Origin: Alphaproteobacteria bacterium
GTDB lineage: Bacteria > Pseudomonadota > Alphaproteobacteria > Rhizobiales > JAKIUO01
Reading direction: 5' to 3'
NCBI GenBank assembly: GCA_024280475.1
Contig: JAJRQA010000047.1
Span: 1,128-65,127 of the forward strand
Length of the DNA: 64,000 nt
Shown: positions 41,959-51,441 of the stretch, in pieces
How the letters are laid out: every line of letters starts with the position of its first letter
Position numbering within the stretch: the stretch's first letter is position 1
Notes under the pieces: model-generated
Told to the model about the DNA's origin: nothing
Database searches by the model: none
What the model saw: only the letters and a program-made list of their open reading frames with translations
Translations under genes and position numbers: made by a program

Positions 41959-42390
41959 TCAGCCCAACTGATTGCCGATTTCCTGGCGGATCAGTTCTGC
42001 ATTGGCTGATAATATATCATCTTGCTCCATTTCGCTGGCGGCGTGCTTTAACGGCACACCTATATAGCGCGGTACAATATGGAAATGGATGTGAAAAACC
42101 ATCTGCCCGGCGGCCGCTTCATTGAATTGTTGAACGACAAAACCATCTGCCCCCATGGCCTTGCGCACGAGCGGCGCCAACCTGTGCACACAGCGTATGA
42201 GAACGCATAGACTATCAGGATCGATATCCATCATATTGATCGCGGGTTTTTTGGGAATGACCAGAATATGCCCCTTGGACCGCGGCATGATATCCAGGAA
42301 GGCGAGAGTTTCGTTATCCTCAAAAACTTTGTGAGCAGGCATCTCACCGCGCAGGATTTTGGCAAAGATATTATTGTCGTCATAGCTCAT
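41959..42390 (-). CDS. HIT-family (histidine triad) nucleotide hydrolase
   Basis: 143 aa. HILVIPKK and the HIHFHIVPR histidine triad. ATGA overlap with the upstream gene. Confidence 0.85.
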   Translation of the reverse strand: MSYDDNNIFAKILRGEMPAHKVFEDNETLAFLDIMPRSKGHILVIPKKPAINMMDIDPDSLCVLIRCVHRLAPLVRKAMGADGFVVQQFNEAAAGQMVFHIHFHIVPRYIGVPLKHAASEMEQDDILSANAELIRQEIGNQLG

Positions 42391-43805
42391 GCCGCTTTTC
42401 CCTTATATTCGAACCCGGCCTTCGTGGTGATTTCCTCAATGCGCTCATCACTGATCATCGTTGGATCAAGGCTCACCTCGCAGCTATTGGTTTCATGAGA
42501 GGCGCTTGCTGTTTCAACTCCTTCTTCGAGCAATAGTCTTTTTTCCAGTGAGCTTGTGCAGCCGCCACAGGTCATGCCCTCTATTTGATAGGTTCTTTGT
42601 TCCATTACTGGTCCTTTCTTGCGCGTGCTGGCGCTTTGATCTTCATCGTTCTTGCGGAACGGTGAATGTTCGCTCAAAATTTCATGTTCCATTTTTATAT
42701 AGCGTTGCTCGTTGGAAAGGAAATGAGCAACGGCCCTGCGAAACCCGGTATCGGGTAAATAGTGGACCGAATTTGTTTGTGTTGGCAGGTAGCCGCGCGC
42801 CAATTTGTGTTCGCCCTGCGCCCCAGCTTCAACGCGCGAGAGGCCATGATCGATGGCATATTCGATAGCCTGATAGTAGCAAAGTTCAAAATGCAGCGAT
42901 GGATGATATTCGCATGAGCCCCAATAGCGGCCATAGAGCGCGTCAGAGCCGATAAAATTCAATGCGCCAGCGATGGCTTCGCCGTCGCGATAGGCCAGAA
43001 CAAGCAAGACCTGGTCGCCAAGACAATCGCTGATCAGAGAAAAAAACGAGCGCGTCAGATAAGGAGTGCCCCACTTGCGCTCACCCGTATCCGTGTAGAA
43101 CTTGAAAAAGATATCCCAATGCTCGGATGTGAGATCATCGCCGCTTAGATGTTTGATTTCCAGTCCAGCCTGTACAGCTTGTGCGCGTTCCTTGCGAATG
43201 GATTTGCGCTTGCGTGAAGAAAGCGAAGTCAAAAAATCATCAAAACTCTCAAAATCCTGATTCTCGAATTGAAACTGATGTCCCCGGCGCACCAACAGAT
43301 CGGGATGATCAAAATATTTGATCTGGCTCTCGTCAATGAAATTGATATGCAGGGAGGATAGCTGATAATTGTGGGTGAGGGCCATGGCGTGCTCGATGAG
43401 GATGGCTGCAACTTCTTGATCTTGTGCACCGCCCTTGAGCAGCAAGCGCCGCCCGGAGATCGGCGTAAATGGCACGCCGCTGAGCAATTTGGGATAATAT
43501 TGCCCACCCGCTTGCTCATAGGCTTCAGCCCAGCCTTGATCAAATACAAACTCTCCCCGACTATGGCCTTTGAGATAGAGCGGCAGGCAACCAAGCAAGG
43601 CTCCTTGCTCATCGCGTACCAGAATGTGTTGGCATTTCCAGCCGGTTTCAGGGATGGCCGAACCGCTTTGCTCAAGAGCACTTAAAAAATCATGGGTTAA
43701 AAACGGGCTATAGGGCAGGCCGTCAGGATTGGCGCAGGCGTCCCAATCTTTGGCGTCGACCTTTGTCAAACTGTCGATGGTCTTTGATGTGAGCTTTGAG
43801 GTCAT
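42387..43805 (-). CDS. DUF482 (FemAB-like GNAT) protein fused to a C-terminal heavy-metal-associated (HMA/CopZ-like) domain
   Basis: The N-terminal ~390 aa match the DUF482 pattern (KDWDACANPDG..PFLTHDFLSALEQSGS..GW, YYQAIEYAIDHGLSRVEAGAQGEHKLARGY). The C-terminal 72 aa carry GMTCGGC. ATG at 43805; the track TTG at 43847 would overlap the GDPD gene. Confidence 0.7.
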   Translation of the reverse strand: MTSKLTSKTIDSLTKVDAKDWDACANPDGLPYSPFLTHDFLSALEQSGSAIPETGWKCQHILVRDEQGALLGCLPLYLKGHSRGEFVFDQGWAEAYEQAGGQYYPKLLSGVPFTPISGRRLLLKGGAQDQEVAAILIEHAMALTHNYQLSSLHINFIDESQIKYFDHPDLLVRRGHQFQFENQDFESFDDFLTSLSSRKRKSIRKERAQAVQAGLEIKHLSGDDLTSEHWDIFFKFYTDTGERKWGTPYLTRSFFSLISDCLGDQVLLVLAYRDGEAIAGALNFIGSDALYGRYWGSCEYHPSLHFELCYYQAIEYAIDHGLSRVEAGAQGEHKLARGYLPTQTNSVHYLPDTGFRRAVAHFLSNEQRYIKMEHEILSEHSPFRKNDEDQSASTRKKGPVMEQRTYQIEGMTCGGCTSSLEKRLLLEEGVETASASHETNSCEVSLDPTMISDERIEEITTKAGFEYKGKAA

Positions 43806-43815
43806 GAGGTTGGGG

Positions 43816-44589
43816 TCATTTCTTGGTGGAGGGAATAAAGCCCTCAAATATCATTGCATCACAGTATTTTTTTGCGCGCACTTGCTGCTGGCTGGTGCGC
43901 ACAGTCCAGGTAAGTAGCGGTCTTTTGAACAAGAAACGGGCGATCATTGGCGCGATTGCTGGCAGGGCATTGATATCATAGGCGATAAAATCAGGGCGAG
44001 AACGGGGAAACGAGAGCAAAAACCGCAGGCGTAGTCGCTCGAGCCACGAGAGTTGGTGCCAGTGTTTGAGATTCTCGAATTGTTCGGCCACAAGCCCACG
44101 AGGGATGGCTGGTGCAAGGTCGCGAAAGGCGCGGATTAGCAAGGGGTCAAATGACATGACCGCAAAGTCACCTTTATAGTGCTCAAGGGTCTTGATGATC
44201 GCGCTGACACAGCGGTGGAGGGCCGGTTTGTCATCAAACTGCCAGTCGCTTTTGATCTCCAGTAGCATGGGTACACGCCCATTGTTTAGATCAAGCAGAT
44301 TTTGCAGGCTCATCATCTTGTCACTGGTGTCTCGAAACTGGATCTTTTGCAATTGCGCAAGGTTGTTGTCACTGACCCGTCCCGTTGCAAGGGTCAGACG
44401 CTCCAGGTGTTCATCATGGAACACCATGATGGTGCCGCAAGAAGCGGCGCGTAGATCAACCTCAAAACCAAATTGATGGTCTAGTGCCGCTTGCACGGAG
44501 GAACGCGTGTTTTCGACAATGTTCTGGCGTGCATCATGCAGGCCGCGGTGGGCGAAAGGTTTGGACATCCAGGCGAGATCTTTGTTCAT
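43816..44589 (-). CDS. glycerophosphodiester phosphodiesterase family protein
   Basis: 257 aa. FAHRGLHD..NIVENT and FGFEVDLR catalytic blocks of the GDPD family. Confidence 0.8.
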   Translation of the reverse strand: MNKDLAWMSKPFAHRGLHDARQNIVENTRSSVQAALDHQFGFEVDLRAASCGTIMVFHDEHLERLTLATGRVSDNNLAQLQKIQFRDTSDKMMSLQNLLDLNNGRVPMLLEIKSDWQFDDKPALHRCVSAIIKTLEHYKGDFAVMSFDPLLIRAFRDLAPAIPRGLVAEQFENLKHWHQLSWLERLRLRFLLSFPRSRPDFIAYDINALPAIAPMIARFLFKRPLLTWTVRTSQQQVRAKKYCDAMIFEGFIPSTKK

Positions 44590-44597
44590 GACAGGCC

Positions 44598-45062
44598 CTA
44601 GGCTATGATCTCGACAAGCGCATCTATTTCGACGGCGGCGTTAAAGGGCAAGCCAGCAGCGCCAACCGCAAATCGCGTGTGACGCCCCGCATCGGCAAGT
44701 ACAGCTACCATCAAGTCGGAGGCACCATTGATGACCTGGGGATGATCGGTAAAGCTTGCCGGGGCATTGACGAAACCGCCAAGTTTCAACAAGCGCTCGA
44801 AACGGTCAAACCCGTCGAGCGCGCGCTTGATCTGCGCAAGGATATTGATGGCGCATAACCTGGCAGCTTCCACACCCTCTTCAAGCGATACATCATTGCC
44901 CAATTGTCCGGTGATTTTAAGGGCACCGTCCTGCATGGGGAGTTGTCCCGAAATGATCAGCTGATTACCAGTGATCAGGGTGGGAACATAGTTGGCGGCT
45001 GGGGGGGCCGCCTGTGGTAAAGCAATGCCAAGCTCTGCCAGTCTGGCGTCAATGTCGCTCAT
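44598..45062 (-). CDS. RidA/YjgF family protein
   Basis: ~154 aa with the YjgF-like pattern (GNQLIISGQLPM..G...G, AAVEIDALVEI). ATG at 45062; the track GTG is at 45071. Confidence 0.8.
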   Translation of the reverse strand: MSDIDARLAELGIALPQAAPPAANYVPTLITGNQLIISGQLPMQDGALKITGQLGNDVSLEEGVEAARLCAINILAQIKRALDGFDRFERLLKLGGFVNAPASFTDHPQVINGASDLMVAVLADAGRHTRFAVGAAGLPFNAAVEIDALVEIIA

Positions 45063-45248
45063 AAAGGTCACTCTTTCCGTTTGTATCGCTATGATTTGTG
45101 CATAAGAATAGTATGTATTGTTTCCAAGGATCGATAAAAGTCAATTAAAACAAACAAGACACAAGAGCCTATGGCAATTGTTGAGCAAGCTGCTTACACT
45201 GCGACCACTTCTAATCGTAAAATGTGTAAAACAACCGGTGAATTGAAT

Positions 45249-46142
45249 ATGGCAAGACTGTTTCTTGGAATTTTGATCTGGGGGATGATCGGGCAGGTGC
45301 CGTTGGCGTCTGCTATTGCGGTCAAGCACGCCTCAAAGCCAGTCGTAGACCTACTGGTTCCTCATCGCGCGGTCTATGAAATCACATTGGCTAATAAAAA
45401 AGCCGCCGTTTCGGTGTCTGATGTGCGCGGCCGCATGGTGTTTGAAGTGACCGGATCGCCTTGCAATGGCTATACACAAAATATGCGCATGATCACCCGT
45501 ATTACTGATGAACGCGGCAAGCAGACGCTATCTGACATTCGCTCCAGCACCTGGGAAAACACCAATACAGGGCGTTTTTCATTTAGTTCTTCGCAATATT
45601 TTGATCAAAATTTGCAAGAAATGGTTTCAGGATCCGCCAAGCGTAATTTGAAAAAAAACAATATTCAGGTGCAAATAAAGGAGCCGGGTGCGGCAGCGAT
45701 TGATCTTCCCGGTGATGTTTTATTTCCAACGCAGCACAATCTGGCAATTTTGAAAGCTGCCAGAGCCAGGAAGAACCGGTTGGCCGTGCGGATCTATGAT
45801 GGGTCTGAGCAGGGGCGGGGTTTTTATCAAACTTATAGCTTTATAGGCAAGCGGCGCCCGCCGAGCAGGCAAAGCCTTGGTAAAACGTCTCCATTGGGAA
45901 AAAAACTATCTCGACTGGGGTTGTCTTCGTTGCCGTCATGGCCAGTTGCGATCGGCTATTTCAAGGGGCGAGGCGCCAAAGAGGATGCCTTTCCATCTTA
46001 TGAGCTGTCATTTCGTCTTTATCCCAACGGGGTTAGCCGGGATCTGTTGATTAATTACGGAGAATTCTCGGTTAAAGGTGTGTTGGGTCGTATCAAATAT
46101 TTGCGTAAAGGTCCCTGTAAACGCGGTAAAACGGGGCAATAG
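45249..46142 (+). CDS. eipB: DUF1849 / EipB-like periplasmic protein
   Basis: ATG at 45249 gives the signal peptide MARLFLGILIWGMIGQVPLASA. HRAVYEITL..VRGRMVFEVTGSPCNGYT matches my recollection of DUF1849. Confidence 0.6.
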   Translation: MARLFLGILIWGMIGQVPLASAIAVKHASKPVVDLLVPHRAVYEITLANKKAAVSVSDVRGRMVFEVTGSPCNGYTQNMRMITRITDERGKQTLSDIRSSTWENTNTGRFSFSSSQYFDQNLQEMVSGSAKRNLKKNNIQVQIKEPGAAAIDLPGDVLFPTQHNLAILKAARARKNRLAVRIYDGSEQGRGFYQTYSFIGKRRPPSRQSLGKTSPLGKKLSRLGLSSLPSWPVAIGYFKGRGAKEDAFPSYELSFRLYPNGVSRDLLINYGEFSVKGVLGRIKYLRKGPCKRGKTGQ

Positions 46143-46152
46143 GCCTGCCTTG

Positions 46153-47061
46153 TCAGTGTTGGTTCTCTTCATTCCAAAGCCATGCGGCTCCGCGCACACC
46201 GCTGGCATCGCCATGTTCGGGAGGCACAATCAGCACAGTTTTGTCATCCGCAAATATATAAGGTGCGATAGATGACGGCAGTTGCTCGTATAAATGGGGC
46301 ATTTGCGAAAGCCCTCCACCAAGCACAATAATATCCGGGTCGTAAATATTGGCGACCATGGCAAGGCCCCTTGCCAGGCGTGAGGTGTGGCGGGTAAAGC
46401 TTGTAAGCGCCTGGTGATCGCCCTGCAAGGCGCGTTCATGCAGCTTACTGGCGGTATATTGCTGACCGGTATGGTGCAAGTGGTCGGCGCTGATGGCTGG
46501 CCCTGATACAAATGTCTCCAGGCACCCTTGTTGGCCGCACCAGCACGAAGGGCCGGGGTGCTCCGATGCTTTGGCCCAGGGAAGCGGGACATGTCCCCAT
46601 TCACCGGTGATATTGCGGGGGCCATTGATGAGCCTTTTGTTTTGAATGAGACCGCCGCCGCATCCTGTGCCCAGTATGACCCCAAACACGTTGTTATGGC
46701 CGCGAGCAGAGCCATCGGTGGCCTCTGACAAGGCAAAGCAGTTCGCATCATTGGCAAGGCGGATGTCGCGGCCCAGGGCCTCTTGAAGGTCGTTTTTGAG
46801 CGGTTGGCCATTGAGCCAGGTGGAATTGGCATTTTGTACGAGGCCAGAGCGGGGCGACAAGGAGCCGGGCATGCCTAGTCCAACGCTCCCACGTTGCTCG
46901 GTGGCAATTTCAGCCGCGCTGACCAGATCGCGCAATGTGAAAATGGTATCGCGATAGTCATTTTGTGGACTTTTGATTCTTTTTTCGAAGGAAGTGCTGC
47001 CCTTATCATCAAGCGTGATAATCGATATTTTGGTACCGCCCAGATCAATTCCGATGCGCAT
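46153..47061 (-). CDS. ROK-family sugar kinase (N-acetylglucosamine or fructokinase-like), no HTH domain
   Basis: MRIGIDLGGTK phosphate-1 motif at the ATG at 47061, ANDANCFALSE, and the zinc motif GHVPL..C.CGQQGCLE. Confidence 0.8.
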   Translation of the reverse strand: MRIGIDLGGTKISIITLDDKGSTSFEKRIKSPQNDYRDTIFTLRDLVSAAEIATEQRGSVGLGMPGSLSPRSGLVQNANSTWLNGQPLKNDLQEALGRDIRLANDANCFALSEATDGSARGHNNVFGVILGTGCGGGLIQNKRLINGPRNITGEWGHVPLPWAKASEHPGPSCWCGQQGCLETFVSGPAISADHLHHTGQQYTASKLHERALQGDHQALTSFTRHTSRLARGLAMVANIYDPDIIVLGGGLSQMPHLYEQLPSSIAPYIFADDKTVLIVPPEHGDASGVRGAAWLWNEENQH

Positions 47062-47206
47062 ATGATACCAGTCCCCATTAATATTGATCCATTTCATGGG
47101 ATCATGGCGGCTCATATGGCTGGCGCAAGATGCGCTGTTTGATACTGGTATCTTGCAAGCAGCTTGTGCCTGTCAGATGGGCCGCCATGCCCCACCTGCA
47201 GGGCCG

Positions 47207-47295
47207 GATGATTTTGGTCTATGGCTACAGATCGCTCCGCTTGTGGTACGCGTACCACGGCGCGTCGCGCTCTGCACCCATAGACCAAAATCATC
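47207..47295. repeat. 89-bp nested palindromic element
   Basis: Perfect 18-bp arms GATGATTTTGGTCTATGG (47207-47224) and CCATAGACCAAAATCATC (47278-47295) around a concentric perfect 16-bp palindrome GTGGTACGCGTACCAC (47243-47258). The intervening segments are about 60% complementary. Confidence 0.85.
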
Positions 47296-47330
47296 TCGGT
47301 GAAATAGGTCAAAATTTATGGGAATTGGTA

Positions 47331-47627
47331 TTAGCTGCTTTCTGGTCCACTCAGGACTTGATGGGCCGGGGCGATGATTGCAGGGTCGATATTTTCGTTG
47401 CCGCAAAACGTCAGCAACAAGGTTTCATCGCGCATCAGATGTTCGAGCAAGGCTGCTTGAAAGAAAGAAGAGCCAGCGGTTTGTGCGATATCGGCGGGTT
47501 CCATGCCGGTGAGGTTCATGAATGTGGCCATCTGATCTGGCTCACTTGCCAAAAATGTCAGGGCCTTGATGGCAATTTTTTCCGCTTGCGACACAGAAAT
47601 TACTGTATGAGAGGCTTTTCTAAACAT
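47331..47627 (-). CDS. DUF3572 family protein
   Basis: 98 aa. AIKALTFLASEPDQMATFMNLTGMEP..FFQAALLEHLMRDETLLLTF fits the DUF3572 pattern. Divergent from divK-pleD. Confidence 0.55.
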   Translation of the reverse strand: MFRKASHTVISVSQAEKIAIKALTFLASEPDQMATFMNLTGMEPADIAQTAGSSFFQAALLEHLMRDETLLLTFCGNENIDPAIIAPAHQVLSGPESS

Positions 47628-47822
47628 GTGTTTCCTTGTCGATTGGGTGTTCTTTAATGGCTTGGTTACTAATTCTATTGCAGAATATGGACGGTTGGTG
47701 CTCCTAAATGCAAGATGTTGATACGCTGGTACGAACGAATAAACGGCTCTGGATTTCTGGACATGGGATATTCATCGCAATATACGCAAACTCGGTCCAA
47801 CAACAAACACGGCATGGAGCCA

Positions 47823-48194
47823 ATGACGAAAACCATATTGATCGTTGAAGACAATGAGCTGAACATGAAACTGTTTCATGATCTGCTGGATGCGCATGGC
47901 TATGATGTCCTGCAAACTCGCAATGGCATGGATGCCTTGTCAATTGCCCGCGAGCACCATCCCGACCTGATCATTATGGACATTCAACTGCCTGAAGTAT
48001 CGGGACTTGAGGTCACAAAATGGATTAAGGACGATGATGACCTTCATGATATCCCTGTTGTCGCAGTCACGGCTTTTGCCATGAAAGGTGATGAAGAACG
48101 TATACGCAATGGCGGTTGCGAGGCTTATATTGCCAAACCCATTTCTATTCCGGATTTTATTTCGACTATTCGACAATTTATCGGTGAGGCCTAG
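47823..48194 (+). CDS. divK: single-domain response regulator DivK
   Basis: [77 protein letters not shown] is near-colinear with Caulobacter DivK as I recall it. Followed by pleD. Confidence 0.9.
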   Translation: MTKTILIVEDNELNMKLFHDLLDAHGYDVLQTRNGMDALSIAREHHPDLIIMDIQLPEVSGLEVTKWIKDDDDLHDIPVVAVTAFAMKGDEERIRNGGCEAYIAKPISIPDFISTIRQFIGEA

Positions 48195-48234
48195 CCTCGA
48201 TCAAGGCCATAATATTTAATAAAGAGAGTATCTC

Positions 48235-49608
48235 ATGACAGCTCGTGTTCTTGTCGTTGATGACAATATCGCCAACATCAAACTACTTGAATCGCGGCTG
48301 CGTGCTGAATATTTTGAGGTCATTACAGCAAATAGCGGCTTTGAGGCTTTGGAAATTTGTGGACGAGAGCATGCTGACGTCGTGCTGCTCGATGTGATGA
48401 TGCCAGGTATGGACGGTTTTGAGGTTTGCCGGCGTCTGAAAGCTGATCCCAAAACACAAATGATTCCAGTAGTGATGGTAACAGCGCTAGACCAGCCCTC
48501 TGATCGTATTCGCGGCCTGGAAGCTGGCGCCGATGATTTCTTGACCAAACCAGTCAATGATACGGCCCTCATTACACGTGTAAAAAACCTGGCGCGCGTC
48601 AAGCAATTGACTGATGAATTGATGATCCGTATTACCAGCACCGATCAAGATGCTTGTGGCGCGGAATTGATCAGTGGTCTTGGATCAAAAGAAATACGCG
48701 GCAAGCTTTTACTGGTTGAGGACCGGCCAGCAACCGCCGATCGCATAAAAAGTGTTCTTGCAGAACAGCACGAAGTTCAAATTGCTCCCAGTGAAGACAT
48801 TGCCCAGGGATTGCTTGGCAAAGAAGAAATAGACCTGGTCCTTGTCAGCCTTGATATGGGGGGCCACGATGCGCTTCATTTTTGCTCCCATATCCGCTCG
48901 CTTGGCAAGACGCGCCATTTGCCGATTATGGTATTGAGCGAAGAGGGCGATGAAGATCGAATGTTGCGCGCCCTTGACCTTGGTGTGAATGATTTTATTG
49001 TACGCCCCGTTGATCGTAATGAGCTGCTGGCGCGCGTCCGCACCCAGATCAAACGTCGCCGCTTTTCTGAATATCTTTACAAGCGGCTTGATGAGCGGGT
49101 CGAACAGGCCTCGCGCGATGCGTTGACCGGCATGTTTAACAGGCGACATCTGGAAGAGCATCTGCAAGGCATGATTTCTGACAGTTTTGATACGGACAAG
49201 GGCATGTCGATCATCATGGCGGATATTGATTTCTTTAAATCTGTCAATGACAATTATGGTCATGATAATGGCGATCAGGTCATTCGTCAGTTCAGTGCAC
49301 GCATCTTGCAAAATATCCGCCGCCTGGACGTGGCTTTTCGCATAGGTGGAGAAGAGTTTTTGATTGTTTTGCCAAAAACCGACTCCAAGCGAGCTGAGCT
49401 TGTCGGCGAAAGGCTGCGCGCCATTATTGAAGATACCCCGTTCAAGATCAGTGAAGGGGATGGCAATATAACTGTGACGGCCAGTATCGGCCTGACTAGT
49501 GTTATGTCTGAAAACGATACGACAAGCAGCTTGCTAAAGCGGGTCGATGACGCCCTTTATGAAGCCAAAAAAGGCGGACGTAATCAGGTCGTGATCAAAG
49601 CGGCTTGA
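48235..49608 (+). CDS. pleD: response regulator diguanylate cyclase PleD (REC-REC-GGDEF)
   Basis: Two receiver domains, then GGDEF with active site RIGGEEF and an RxxD I-site (RRLD) five residues upstream. Confidence 0.9.
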   Translation: MTARVLVVDDNIANIKLLESRLRAEYFEVITANSGFEALEICGREHADVVLLDVMMPGMDGFEVCRRLKADPKTQMIPVVMVTALDQPSDRIRGLEAGADDFLTKPVNDTALITRVKNLARVKQLTDELMIRITSTDQDACGAELISGLGSKEIRGKLLLVEDRPATADRIKSVLAEQHEVQIAPSEDIAQGLLGKEEIDLVLVSLDMGGHDALHFCSHIRSLGKTRHLPIMVLSEEGDEDRMLRALDLGVNDFIVRPVDRNELLARVRTQIKRRRFSEYLYKRLDERVEQASRDALTGMFNRRHLEEHLQGMISDSFDTDKGMSIIMADIDFFKSVNDNYGHDNGDQVIRQFSARILQNIRRLDVAFRIGGEEFLIVLPKTDSKRAELVGERLRAIIEDTPFKISEGDGNITVTASIGLTSVMSENDTTSSLLKRVDDALYEAKKGGRNQVVIKAA

Positions 49609-49707
49609 TCTGTCTCGCGGCTATTAGCGCTGCGCGCTGCCTCCGACCGGGCGGGCCAAAGCCCGGCGCGTGGTCACGCTTGCCGATGGGTACATCGGTG
49701 TTTAATC

Positions 49708-50544
49708 TCACTCTCCACCCGTCTTGATGTGGACGATGGTGCCGCAATGTTTGCAGTGGGAGGCGTCGGGTTCATGACGGTTAAGGCCACATTCTTCGCA
49801 GCGGGCCGATACTTTGGGGGGCCTGAACAGAGTTTGTAGCAAGCGCAAGAACAGCGAAACACCGAGCACCATAATAAACACGGATAGCAAGCGGCCGTAG
49901 GTGCCTTTAATGGTGATATCGCCGTAGCCGGTCGTGGTGAGCGTCGAGACCGTGAAATACAGCGCATCTATATGATTGTTGATATCAGGATTGATACGTA
50001 CCTGCAGCTCAAACACAATGGAGGTCATGATAAAGATAAACACAACAAGATTGACCAGGCTTTGAATGACCTCCTCATTGCGCCGCAAAAAGCGGCTGTG
50101 GCCCCGCAGGTCGTCCATGATGTGTTTGGAGCGCATAATCCGCAATGCCCGCAAGATGCGTAAAAAAGCGTAATTATCGGTAAAGGTCGGGATAAACAGC
50201 GAAAACAGCACAATGATATCGGCCACTGTGGTTAGTTGCAGGAGATAGCGCCATTTGCGGTGCGCCAGATAATAGCGCGATAGAAAATCCAGTAAGACGA
50301 CAATGCCAATAAAGATTTCGATGGGCCGTAACCATGGGCTTGCATGATCTGACAGGGACAAATAGAAAAAAAACGACACGGCAAAAATATCAAACACCAG
50401 CATTGAATAGCGAAAGGCTGATGATACTGGTTCGTCTTCAAAATAAAGTTTGCGTAAAAATGCCTTGATCCCCGATGATTGATTCTCAGGGTTTTTAGCG
50501 GGTTTTTTTGGCGAAATTTGCGTTTGCTGGTCAGTATTTGTCAT
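49708..50544 (-). CDS. voltage-gated-type potassium channel with C-terminal CxxC-x13-CxxC tail
   Basis: Selectivity filter TLTTTGYGD and an S4-like LRILRALRIMRSKH. ATG at 50544; the track TTG is at 50583. Confidence 0.8.
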   Translation of the reverse strand: MTNTDQQTQISPKKPAKNPENQSSGIKAFLRKLYFEDEPVSSAFRYSMLVFDIFAVSFFFYLSLSDHASPWLRPIEIFIGIVVLLDFLSRYYLAHRKWRYLLQLTTVADIIVLFSLFIPTFTDNYAFLRILRALRIMRSKHIMDDLRGHSRFLRRNEEVIQSLVNLVVFIFIMTSIVFELQVRINPDINNHIDALYFTVSTLTTTGYGDITIKGTYGRLLSVFIMVLGVSLFLRLLQTLFRPPKVSARCEECGLNRHEPDASHCKHCGTIVHIKTGGE

Positions 50545-50646
50545 GATGGCCGCAATACAACAATAAATCGCGGCCAAACTCAAGCGTCAACAAGGTCGCG
50601 CAAGTAGCTTTATGAACGATCAGAATCAGGTTACACACCCTACCTT

Positions 50647-51441
50647 ATGAAACAATATCTAGATTTAATGCGGCGTGTGCGCCATGAAGGAATCCGCAAG
50701 ACAGACCGGACTGGCACCGGCACGTTAAGCGTGTTTGGCCATCAGATGCGATTTGATCTGGCCCAAGGCTTTCCGGTTCTCACCACCAAGAAGTTGCATC
50801 TGCGCTCTATTATCATTGAACTATTATGGTTTTTGACCGGTGATACCAATATTGCCTATCTGCAACAAAATAAAGTGCGGATATGGGATGACTGGGCGGA
50901 TGAAAATGGTGATTTGGGGCCAGTCTATGGCTCGCAATGGCGCTCCTGGCCAAACGCGAGCGGTGAGGGGATTGATCAGATCATGCAAGTGATCGACAGT
51001 CTCAAGAACAACCCTGACAGTCGCCGCCACATCGTCTCGGCCTGGAATCCTGCTGAGGTGGATGAGATGGCTCTGCCGCCATGCCATTGTCTTTTTCAGT
51101 TTTATGTAGCCGATGGCAAGCTGTCTTGTCAGCTATACCAGCGTTCGGCAGATATTTTTCTGGGCGTGCCGTTTAATATTGCCTCTTATGCCTTATTGAC
51201 CATGATGATGGCGCAGGTGTGCAAGCTGGAGCCGGGAGATTTTGTCCACACTTTTGGCGATGCGCATCTTTATCTCAATCATCTCGAACAAACAGATTTG
51301 CAGCTCTCTCGCGAAGTGCGGGCCTTGCCGACCATGACGATAAACCGCGATGTGGATGATTTATTCGCGTTTAAATTTGAAGATTTTGAATTGCGTGATT
51401 ATGATCCCCATCCTCATATCAAGGGCAAGGTATCGGTGTAA
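50647..51441 (+). CDS. thyA: thymidylate synthase
   Basis: 264 aa. [30 protein letters not shown] and DAHLYLNH motifs. Confidence 0.95.
   Translation: MKQYLDLMRRVRHEGIRKTDRTGTGTLSVFGHQMRFDLAQGFPVLTTKKLHLRSIIIELLWFLTGDTNIAYLQQNKVRIWDDWADENGDLGPVYGSQWRSWPNASGEGIDQIMQVIDSLKNNPDSRRHIVSAWNPAEVDEMALPPCHCLFQFYVADGKLSCQLYQRSADIFLGVPFNIASYALLTMMMAQVCKLEPGDFVHTFGDAHLYLNHLEQTDLQLSREVRALPTMTINRDVDDLFAFKFEDFELRDYDPHPHIKGKVSV

Noticed and set aside
47084-47657. ORFs 47084-47302 (+), 47112-47312 (-), 47173-47406 (-) and 47130-47657 (+) around the palindrome.
   Set aside because: Their translations mirror each other (for example, DQNH motifs on both strands) only because they read through the inverted repeat. 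The longest one is antisense to the DUF3572 gene. None has a family match.
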